Made by a program: the position numbers and the translations under genes. From Haliotis rufescens (lineage: Eukaryota), in NCBI RefSeq assembly GCF_023055435.1, contig NW_025963890.1, forward strand, positions 20,336,001-20,400,000: DNA of 64,000 bases. The letters run 5' to 3'. The notes under the pieces were generated by a model, which saw only the letters and a list, made by a program, of their open reading frames with translations, was not told the origin of the DNA and did not search any database. Below, one piece after another: positions 51,801 through 63,800 of the stretch (position 1 is its first letter; each line of letters opens with the position of its first letter).

Positions 51801-54800
51801 GAATTAGGTTGGAATTAAGTGGCTCGATCATAGTGCCACCAGGGATTATTACAAGTTATGTTTCTTCTATGTCCCTCTTATTGACCAACCAGATTCCACC
51901 CTTCATATTACTTTTTTTTGCTTCAAACAAAATGGTGGCATCTACTGAAGATGATCTCATCACGTTAATCGAAAAAAACGTTTCACATTCCCTGCCTCAC
52001 AGACAACCAGTGCATATGGATTGTAGCACAACACTTGAGCACTTTGATTAAAAACATGAAAAGATTTTGAAAATAACTGTCGATGCCAAGTTGATGGTAC
52101 ACATTCTTTTCAAAGCTACATCAGTATGATGATAAAGGAAGCAGAGGTACTTACATGCACAGTTCTTTCTCTGAATGGCATCCCCATAAAACCATTCCTG
52201 GCAGCTGTCACAGTAGCTGCCGGCTGTGTTGTTGAGGCAGATGAGACACTCGCCTGTGTATCGGTCACAACTGTAGGGGTCGTTCAAATTTATGTTGCCA
52301 CTGCACCCACATTGCTGGCACCCCTCACCAACTTTGTAGGGGTTACCATAGTGACCAGAGGCACAGCTAGGGGTAGAAAGGGAAATGGTACAGATGAAAA
52401 AGGCATCCTGTCATTGAGCAAAGACAGTAAGGCTGACAAAGAATAAATAACACAATAGTACTTTACAACATCTGAAAGTTAATCAGACACTGAAAAAGAA
52501 AACAGTGAGGCAAACCAGTGGCTGTCGGGTGAGCTAAAGTGAAATGGGGTTTAACGTCACATCCAGAATTATGTGTGTGAGTGGCTGCTCGTACTAGTCC
52601 GGACTGATGCCGATTTATAGTGCTAGCCCTCTGAGATACCATGCTGCAGTTTAATACGAATACCCCACTCAGTCACAGTATACTGACTCCGAGCCGACCA
52701 GTCCTTGTTTAAGCCCCTTAATGCTGAGCACCAGACAGGGTAACAACAAGTAGCACCTTTTAACGTCTTTTGGTATAATGCGGACGGGGATCGAACCTCG
52801 GACCTTCCGCTCTCTGGGCGGACGCTCTACCACTAGATCACAGAGGCAGTCCCAGTGGCTGACAGACAGCACAAGCAACTATCAATGCATTCAGGGTACA
52901 ATGACACATAAACATGTCACACATCATGACCACCCGATTCTTTCAGTTAGCTCTTAGTACTATGGGATACTGGGGACTTTTACAATGGTATCTCATATTT
53001 CTGAATTGATCCCACATTTCAGAATCCACAGCAACACCAAAATGTCTTGTTTCGCATATTATGAACAGCTGTGGAAAGTAGACTATTGCATTACATGCAC
53101 CTACCTCTCGCAGTTGGGCCCATAATATCCTGGGAGGCACTCACAGAAGGTAGTCAGACCATTATCTGATATGACACAGGAAACAGCAAAGCTGAAAAGA
53201 AACAAATGTTACAAAGTAAAATAATTAGTTCATCAATAAACCGTTAACGCTGAAATCCACTGCAGGACCAGGTTCGTATCATGAATTACCTGTGTCATTA
53301 GCAGAGTATACAGGATTTTATGCGCTTGGGCGTGTACACCTCAAGACTGAAGGTCAAGGGGTGTTCAAGAAGGTTCAACTCATAAAATCCTGGACACTCC
53401 GCTAATAACACATGTAATGAATTTATCACTACATGTTCACAAGTGAGTGAGTGAGTGAGTGAGTATGGTTTTACGCCGCTTTTAGCAATATTCCAGCAAC
53501 ATCACGGCGGGGGACACCAGAAATGGGCTTCACACATTGTACCCATGTCGGGAATCGAACCCGGGTCTTAGGCGTGACGAGCGAACGCTTTAACCACCAG
53601 GCTACCCGACCGCCCCTCATGTTCACAAGACATATTTTAGGTGAAATACCTATGTGTGACAGTGTCTGATCTGCAGTAAGACTGCCAGTGGGTTCAGTAT
53701 GGTAACTCAATGTGAACATAATTATCACGTAGTAACAAGATGATATCCTATGGGTTTTACAAGATGGTGACTGGCCAATCAGATTGCTGGATTGTATTAT
53801 GAGTTATGATAAACCCCTAATCGGGTTTAAGAGATACATGTTCTAGTCATATGAAGAAAGCCATCATTGTGTTCATAAAACATGACTAAACCCTGCACTC
53901 ATGATGCCAGATGTCACTCAATGTCCCAACTTACTTGTTAGATGATAGTGGCAGAGGACAAGCACAGATCTGACAACCCCCAACCGCTGGGTCACCAAAG
54001 TATCCAGTCAGGCATGCTTCACAATGAAGTCCTGTTGTGTTGTCTTGGCAGTTCTGGGAATGAACAGAATAATTATTAATGTGAAAAGGCACCCACACAA
54101 ACAAATATTTTCACAAAGTTTTACACTCGGGTATTCTAATCTTCTTCCAACTCGTATATCCAGGAATGTTCTCATAACTAATCGTATTATGATCATTGTT
54201 TCTTCTTCATTACTATAGGGAATTTCTACAACTTACCAAACACTCTCCTGTGATGGGGTCACATGAGTCTGCATGTCCATTGCACTCACAGGGAACACAG
54301 ATGCCGAGGTAGGGGGTGGGGCGTGATCGGTAGTACCCTGGTGCACATTCCTGGTAAAAAAGCAACACATGTCATGTTAATAATACATAGAATATGTTCA
54401 AGCACAGTATTCTGCTCCAGTGGGAGGCTAGATTTAACCACAACACTACAGTATTCTGCTCCAGTGGGATGCTAGATTTAACCACAACACTACAGTATGC
54501 TGCTCCAGTGGGAGGCTAGATTTAACCACAACACTACAGTATTCTGCTCCAGTGGGAGGCTAGATTTAACCACAACACTACAGTATTCTGCTCCTGTGGG
54601 AGGCTTGAGTTAACCACAACACTACAGTATTCTGCTCCTGTGGGAGGCTAGAGATAACCACAACACTACAGTATTCTACTCCTGTGGGAGGCTAGAGTTA
54701 ACCACAACACTACAGTATTCTACTCCTGTGGGGGGCTAGAGATAACCACAACACTACAGTATTCTGCTCCTGTGGGAGGCTAGAGTTAACCACAACACTA

Positions 54801-57800
54801 CAGTATTCTGCTCCTGTGGGAGGCTTGAGTTAACCACAACACTACAGTATTCTGCTCCTGTGGGAGGCTAGAGATAACCACAACACTACAGTATTCTGCT
54901 CCTGTGGGAGGCTTGAGTTAACCTCAACACTACAGTATTCTGCTCCTGTGGGAGGCTTGAGATAACCACAACACTACAGTATTCTGCTCCAGTGGGGGGC
55001 TAGAGATAACCACAACACTACAGTATTCTACTCCTGTGGGAGGTTAGAGATAACCACAACACTACATTATTCTACTCCTGTGGGAGGCTAGAGATAACCA
55101 CAACACTACAGTATTCTACTCCTGTGGGAGGCTAGAGATAACCACAACACTACAGTATTCTACTCCTGTGGGAGGCTAGAGTTAACCACAACACTACAGT
55201 ATTCTACTCCTGTGGGGGGCTAGAGATAACCACAACACTACAGTATTCTGCTCCTGTGGGAGGCTAGAGATAACCACAACACTACAGTATTCTGCTCCTG
55301 TGAGAGGCTAGAGTTAACCACAACACTACAGTATTCTACTCCTGTGGGGGGCTAGAGATAACCACAACACTACAGTATTCTGCTCCTGTGGGAGGCTAGA
55401 GTTAACCACAACACTACAGTATTCTGCTCCTGTGGGAGGCTAGAGATAACCACAACACTACAGTATTCTGCTCCTGTGGGAGGCTAGAGATAACCACAAC
55501 ACTACAGTATTCTGCTCCTGTGGGAGGCTTGAGTTAACCACAACACTACAGTATTCTGCTCCTGTGGGAGGCTTGAGTTAACCACAACACTACAGCATTC
55601 TGCTCCTGTGGGAGGCTTGAGTTAACCACAACACTACAGTATTCTGCTCCTGTGGGAGGCTAGAGTTAACCACAACACTACAGTATTCTGCTCCTGTGGG
55701 AGGCTAGAGATAACCACAACACTACAGTATTCTGCTCTTGTGTGAGGCTAGAGATAACCACAACACTACAGTATTCTGCTCCTGTGGGAGGCTTGAGTTA
55801 AAGACTGAGAACGGTGGAATTTGCTTCAAGTTGTTGCTAATAGTTTATCAAAATGTAAGTGACAGGCGGACATGAGATTTGGAATCTACTGATAAGGGCG
55901 AGGGGACTATGATGGCTGGAATGACCTCTTTGTTTATACACAGTGGGAGCTTGCTTTTGCTGCCTGTCTCCCAATCTCAAGCATCTCCCCACTGTTAGTC
56001 CTGCACCATGACTGTGGAATATATTTTTTTTATGAAAAAAAAAATTAATCTGGAAACCCATACAAAAGCAAGTTAGCCAGCTCCAGCTAGCTCTATTCCA
56101 CAGCATAGGGAATTTTTATTTTACTTTTAGAGTCAAGAAGGATATTGTGTTATATAAGATTTCAGAGACTAAATGTTAGTCTACCCCACTGTCTGCTGTT
56201 AGCCTTGCTCCTTGTATTGAATGATAAGTCCACGGATGTAAAGTTGTTCTATCCTTATAATAGGCAAGTCTAGGTAATCGGTCAGTCTGAGGATGCAAGT
56301 CTGTTATAGGACAACTTATTATTAGCTTGAGTTAACCTCAACACTACAGTATTCTGCTTCACAGGGAGGCTAGAGATAACCACAACACTACAGTATTCTA
56401 CTCCTGTGGGAGGCTAGAGATAACCACAACACTACAGTATTCTACTCCTGTGGGAGGCTAGAGATAACCACAACACTACAGTATTCTACTCCAGTGGGAG
56501 GCTAGAGTTAACCACAACACTACAGTATTCTACTCCTGTGGGAGGCTAGAGATAACCACAACACTACAGTATTCTACTCCAGTGGGAGGCTAGAGATAAC
56601 CACAACACTACAGTATTCTACTCCAGTGGGAGGCTAGAGATAACCACAACACTACAGTATTCTACTCCTGTGGGAGGCTAGAGTTAACCACAACACTACA
56701 GTATTCTACTCCTGTGGGAGGCTAGAGTTAACCACAACACTACAGTATTCTACTCCTGTGGGAGGCTAGAGATAACCACAACACTACAGTATTCTACTCC
56801 AGTGGGAGGCTAGAGATAACCACAACACTACAGTATTCTGCTCCTGTGGGAGGCTAGAGATAACCACAACACTACAGTATTCTACTCCAGTGGGAGGCTA
56901 GAGATAACCACAACACTACAGTATTCTACTCCTGTGGGAGGCTAGAGATAACCACAACACTACAGTATTCTACTCCTGTGGGAGGCTAGAGATAACCACA
57001 ACACTACAGTATTCTACTCCAGTGGGAGGCTAGAGATAACCACAACACTACAGTATTCTACTCCTGTGGGAGGCTAGAGTTAACCACAACACTACAGTAT
57101 TCTACTCCTGTGGGAGGCTAGAGATAACCACAACACTACAGTATTCTGCTCCTGTGGGAGGCTAGAGATAACCACAACACTACAGTATTCTACTCCTGTG
57201 GGAGGCTAGAGATAACCACAACACTACAGTATTCTACTCCTGTGGGAGGCTAGAGTTAACCACAACACTACAGTATTCTACTCCTGTGGGAGGCTAGAGT
57301 TAACCACAACACTACAGTATTCTACTCCTGTGGGGGGCTAGAGATAACCACAACACTACAGTATTCTACTCCTGTGGGAGGCTAGAGATAACCACAACAC
57401 TACAGTATTCTACTCCTGTGGGAGGCTTGAGATAACCACAACACTACAGTATTCTACTCCTGTGGGAGGCTAGAGATAACCACAACACTACAGTATTCTG
57501 CTGACCTCGCAGGAGGAGCCCTGGTAGTTAGGAGGACACTGGCACTGCTCCACAGAAAGTGCTGCATCCCCTTGCCCTTCCTCAGTGGCCGCTTCAAGCT
57601 GGACTTCAGACAGTCTACAACAGAGTGACAACCTTCAGAACAAGCCAGCAGGGCCAGATAAAATCATTTTTTCAATTCATTGTCCTGTATTTCTTCATTC
57701 CACACAGGGACTAACTTTCCCTGTGATATGCAAGCTGTCAACATCAATGCAAAAAAACATGTACAGTGAAACCAGACCAGTAAAAAAATGTTGGGAATCT

Positions 57801-60800
57801 ATATATAGGATAGTGTCAAATAAATACATAAATTCAGAAACAGGTTGATGTATACGTCACTGGGTGCAGTACCATCTGGATTTACAATGTTCCCTTTGCT
57901 TGTATCTGTGCAAGTTGGACACTACAATGTGAACAGTGAGACGTGGAGCTGTACCTGGCTTCATCAATGAGTGTAAAGTACGAGGCCCTGACGTGTAAAG
58001 CCTGCAGGTTGATGAGGAGCATCATGAACTGCTCTCTTGTTACTGTGTCCCGGGTGTTGGCATGGACGAAGTTGTACTGGAACCACATAGCAAGTCATAT
58101 AGATGAAATTGTATTGGAACCACATAGCAAGTCATATAGATGAAATTGTACTGGAACCACATAGGAAGTCATATAGATGAAATTGTACTGGAACCACATA
58201 GCAAGTCATATAGATGAAATTGTACTGGAACCACATAGCAAGTCATATAGATGAAATTGTACTGGAACCACATAGCAAGTCATATAGATGAAGTTGTACT
58301 GGAACAGCATTCACTGTAACCCTTATATAGTTACCTTAGATAGTTGGACAATCTCATACCAGTGCTTCAGTCAAGGCAGATCTAAACATTTATATTTACA
58401 TTTGGACATAAACCAAAGAATATATATATATATATATCTATTTTAAATTATTTTTTTTATCTTTGTTGCTATGAATTGAAAACACAGGTTTGGAGATTTG
58501 TTCTCACCTCGAATAGCTGGACTTTCAAGTTGACTTGGGAGTTTGGTGCTGGCTGGTCGTTACTGAAGTGAACTATTGTCATGTTGTTACCCTGGAAGAT
58601 AACATCATAAATATCAGATACTTTGCAAGATTAAGAAACATTATCTATTGAAGTAGCTCTTATTTAATATTTCTACATGGAATGTTAGCCAACTTACCAC
58701 TAGAATCACATCAGACTTAACAAGTCCCTCCGAGTTTTGAGCTTCGTCGTCCCTTGGGAGGGTGAACAGTACCTGGTACATCAGGTAGCCACCATAGGAC
58801 TTGATCTGAAGAAAATAATCACCATGGGTTACTGGTATATCAGTACATGCTAGAACATATATCATTTCATGCTTATGTCTGGATATTATAATCAGGTACT
58901 TATTGAGTTTTCCTGCATACACACACAATCCTATATATAAATAGTTACAAGATAAATATTGAACTAACATCATGCCAGGATGCCTATACAACATGTTCAA
59001 ACACGTTCTGATATAAAATTGTAAAGAAATGTAGGAAAGGGTTTTCAAGCATAGTAACGTTTTAAAGGGAAGCTATTGTAAGAATGCATGTACCAATATG
59101 TTTTAAAGATTTCATCAACACTATACATCACTCCTGGGTCAGCATTTTATCCACAGTGTTGGTGATTGACAAGGTCATGAGACAATTACACCTGCAACTT
59201 GGACCTGCCTGCTGATGACCTACCTTGTTGCCCAGGTACTCTGGTGGGGCCACCCAGTATATGGCTTCATTGGGGTCAATGATGGAATTGGCTGCCTTCA
59301 CTGCAATGGTGGATCCGGCCTCAATTACATCAGCATTCACATTTGTCACTGCCCAGTTGTTCATTTGGGTCACCTAAAAAACAAACAAATGTCTCTTTTC
59401 CAGGAAAGATTCTACTGTAGTTCTTCAGATACAAATATATTTACAGGATTCTTCAGTTTCAGGGACTTAATATTCAAGGCACCAATCATGTAGACAGTTT
59501 CTAACTCGCTTCTCTGCTCCGAACATATCATGCAATAAGAACCTACTAACAAGAGCTTGGATAAGACCCAGTCTACTAATTTACAAAATGTCTGCTCTGG
59601 CAAAAACTATTTTGATACATGTATCAAGCAATCTGATCATGCATACAATGAAGTTGACTGAAGCTTTATCTTCACTCAAACATATAAAAGCCAGAATGGG
59701 GGATGCTCACATAGTCAAAAAGAAATGTGAACATAGCGACTTGTAGTTTAACAATGGAGTTTTAGTATTATTGTCATTAAACAGTATATAATGTGACTAA
59801 CCACGGGTTCGGATATTCCTATGGGTACCCGGATTCTACTCTGGACCCGCCCAACCTAAGTACCTGAGTGACCCATCCCAGCCCAACAATAAATCATTAA
59901 AAATTTAATCAAGCTACAGTCAATTTGGAAGTTCTTTGTTCCTGAAGTCCCCACTGCCATTAGTTGCGCAGCTCTCACCAGGTTCCAGAAGAGGGGGGAG
60001 CTGTCACAGTAGGTGGTGGCACCGAAGCAGAAGCAAGTGGTGCATCCGCGAAGGTTTTCCTGGTTCAAGTAGTATGTGTCTGCCGCACACCCATCGCATC
60101 TTGGTCCAGCAACATTCTCCTGCAACATAAATGACAGTGTGTTGTATTCTGGAAGACTTAAACTCCACATTTTGTAGTGTTTCCTTGAAAAACATGCTAG
60201 AATCTGAACCAAAACATTTCTACAATAAATCAAGATGTCAAATGGCTGTATCCTATGACCGATGAGTGAAACAACTGAGAGAGAGATTGGCTCTTATCTG
60301 ATCATCCACGCAATACGGTCTGATAATTACACTCATGGAAAAGTCATGCAACTCACCATGCAATTTTTACAAGTTTAAGTAGTGAGCTGGTGTGCTCTCA
60401 AACCTGGATTCTCCAGGAGCATATCTAATAGTTTTATGACTGTAGTCCTGCTACCTTGCAGATACACCTGGCTGAGTTCTGGTCGCAGATATCCACCGTT
60501 GTTCCCCTGATGTCACAGTCACACTGCCGGCAGTAGGGGAAGATGCTGTGACCAGGGTCACATGTGTCACACTTTCGACCACTCACATTCGGAAGACATC
60601 TGGAAACAAGTCGAACCGTCAAAACTGTACAGCATCACATGCACTAGCAAACACTTTAACAAATCATACACAGGAAGTGAAAAATAAGTACTGAGTGAAA
60701 ATATGAGCGAGTCAGGTTAAATGTTTGCTCAAAACAGTTTTTCAGGCACAGTAGAGTGAAGGTGGAAATAAAGAAAGCCTGTGAAGCTGGTCTTAGTTTC

Positions 60801-63800
60801 GTATTACTTTGGAGAAACCAATGAGCATGAGTATGATGCTGACACATCAGTGCAAACTGGGGTTCAACCACACTATCCACACTGACCTGCACTTTCCTGT
60901 CGTCTGGTCACAGTTGAGGTCTTGACCCTGGACTCCTTGTATGTTGCACTTACACTCCTAGTGATGGAGATAGCATGTATGAAACTCAACATGCACAAAG
61001 GTATTTGGCCACATTGACAGGGGTAGACTACATGAGATTAATGGGGAAAAACAGTTCTCTTCAAGAAAATAGTCATTTTGATGTTCACAGACAAGACTGG
61101 TGGCTTTGTCTTAAGAGAATAAAATTCTACAATGTTCAGTTGGAAATATTTTTCACATTAAAAGAAAAGAAACAAGTATTCAAATGAGCAGACGATCATA
61201 CCTGGCATCCAATGAGAGCATCAAACCCATAGGTCTCCGGCTCACATCGGTCACACCTGTCCCCCTCCACATTGGCCGGGCAGATACACTCTCCATTCAG
61301 GGGGTGGCACAGGCCATACAGACAGCTACAGGCTGTAAGGACAAATACACTCACATACCAAATGTAAAGACAGATGATACTTGGCATTTCTTGTCAAACA
61401 AGTATTTGTTACAGTGTGACAATGTCCCCCTGTCGCTACAAAACGATACTGTAAATACTTTCCTTAAATTTAAGTAGAGTACCTACTGTGTTTTGAAATT
61501 TGATGTAGTCCCACTGTAGAGTAGATACCTCTTTATTTTAAATTTGAATCAAGCGCTTTCAAAACACAGTAGGTTTATCTCCATTCTACCATGACGGCAA
61601 CAACACTTTGAAAAAGGTGCTCTCTTGCAACGCGTAACAACACAGGTGCACAGGTCAGTAATCTTAGAACATTCCCAAAAGTGGTCACAGGTAGTTTGTA
61701 TATGAGACAATTATTACTAAAGTTCAAGATTAAAAACACCATAGTCGTGAGTAGTTCATAATAAGTGTTCAAAACACATAGGTTTTCAAAATAAGTTGAC
61801 AAATAACACTCCAAACTTAGTCCAAAGAGAGATGTTTTAATTTCTACCAAACTGTTGTACACTGTTGTACACTGTGGACTGACTGTCATTTCTCGGAATT
61901 TTGGGAGGGAGGTCATTTCTTGGAAATCGAACATGCCATCATTTCTTTTGTAGGGGTGACGGGTTATAGAAAAAGGTTTTAAAATGCTAAACAAATATAT
62001 TTCTACAACAAACTTTATGAATTAACATTCTATTATACATTTAGCATGTGGCAGTGTTATTAGTTAGTTAGCAATTACCCCCAGTAAACAATAATAAAAT
62101 CAAAATAAATGCCTCTCCACCCAGAACTTGGATGTGGCAGAACTTGACCTACATCACAGTTACTCACACCTCCCAGCTGTCAATGGCTGACAATCTTGTG
62201 TTTACATTCTCGAATGAAGCAAGATGACAACCCCGATCTATGTTGTGGTTCAACATTAACATGTAGATAATCTGGGATTGATCAAGCCTGCTGGTACATC
62301 CATATGTTTACCAGTGTGACAGAGTATGACTGAACAGCCGCTTTTTAGGCTGCAGATGAGCCAGATATTTTGAAACGAGGAATCTGCACGCCGTGACCTG
62401 TCAATTTCAAGATTTCACGGATCCAAAGCCGGATAGTGACAGAACTTAGACATTTGTGGCCCAGAAATAGTGGATCGTGTATGATTTTCTTAATTGTGCG
62501 TGTTCTGAAATGAATTTTCATCAAGTTTGATAAGCTGTCACTTCAGTTGGGACATTGTTTTTGTGGACTTTCGAAAGTGTGTTTTCTGATGGACTTTCAA
62601 ATCCCCTCCTGCCAAATTCTAACGGTGGTGGCTGACGGAGATGGCAACGAATATCGATCACAAAAATGCTTTGTAAACAACATGTTATCATAAAAGTTTT
62701 TTCAAACAATTTTTATAGTGTTCTATTTTACTTTCATTGTCGGTTGTTTCAATGAGGAAATAGCTTAAATTGTTCCGATTCTGGTCACCATAGAACATTT
62801 CTCTAACAGTTTCATAAACATTTCATTTGTATGCAAGAAGGGTTGTGGCCTAGAACGCCCCAAACATCGGATATCAAACTACCGTATTTCCTCTATTTGA
62901 CTCTACACTGTCTATTAATGTCGCGAGAGCCCTTGAATCGGTGTGTATTAGAGACCTGGCTGGTATTAGTGACCCAGTGTGTATTAGACGAAATAAAGAT
63001 TCGTTTTATGGTTTATATCGGGGTGAATCTATATTGCCTCAATATGTAGGCTTTCTATGTATTCGTGTGCACGTTTTTTTGTGAAAAGGCTTAAAATATT
63101 TGAAAGGGGTTTCCGTAGCAAAAAGGAAACCTCTTTTTAACCAATCAGAATCAAGCATTCATCAATGTCATGGTAGAATTCTCTATGATATCCCCATAAT
63201 TAGTAGTGACACCTGTAGCCATATGTGTCTGTATCAGTTCATATAATCAGGTGACAGTGTGGTCACGTACCCATCCATGAACTATTCACACTCAACAAAC
63301 ATGGAGGCAATCTAATTCACCTTCATCTGGAAACCTTAATGATCTATTCTGCTCTAGAATCCTGATTGAAAAACATTCATAAAGGGGTCTGATGTTCTTT
63401 TTAAAACATGTACTATGAAAACTTACGTTTGCATCTTGGAAAACCGAAGTATCCAGGTTTGCAGGCTGTGCAGTTGCGACCAATCACGTTCTCCCTGCAC
63501 TGACACTGTCCACCAAACTGATCACAGTTGAAGTTGAGAGACCCATCAATGTTGCAGTCACACTGAAGGGCGCCATTGTTAAACTCTGAAGTCAGAGTGA
63601 AGACACTCTCACGACAGAACTTACTGTTACTCCTGAAACAGTAAAAACGTGCACAATACAGGTAAATACATATATATTCTGATATATAGGGAATATACTT
63701 CATTTGTTTGTGTATTCTAAAACAAATGTGAAACAGATTGATGTGTACATACCTGAGTTCAAACCCATCATTAACACACTCAGTGAGGAAGTCGCCTGAT

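Noticed and set aside
54405-57502. CRISPR-like array
   Set aside because: Head-to-tail 44-bp units with no unique spacers, no cas genes, and a eukaryotic intron context.
61576-63190. Possible TIR element (ttctaccatgac / gtcatggtagaa), similar to 23933-24318
   Set aside because: Inverted match is short, no clear TSD, boundaries not defensible by eye.
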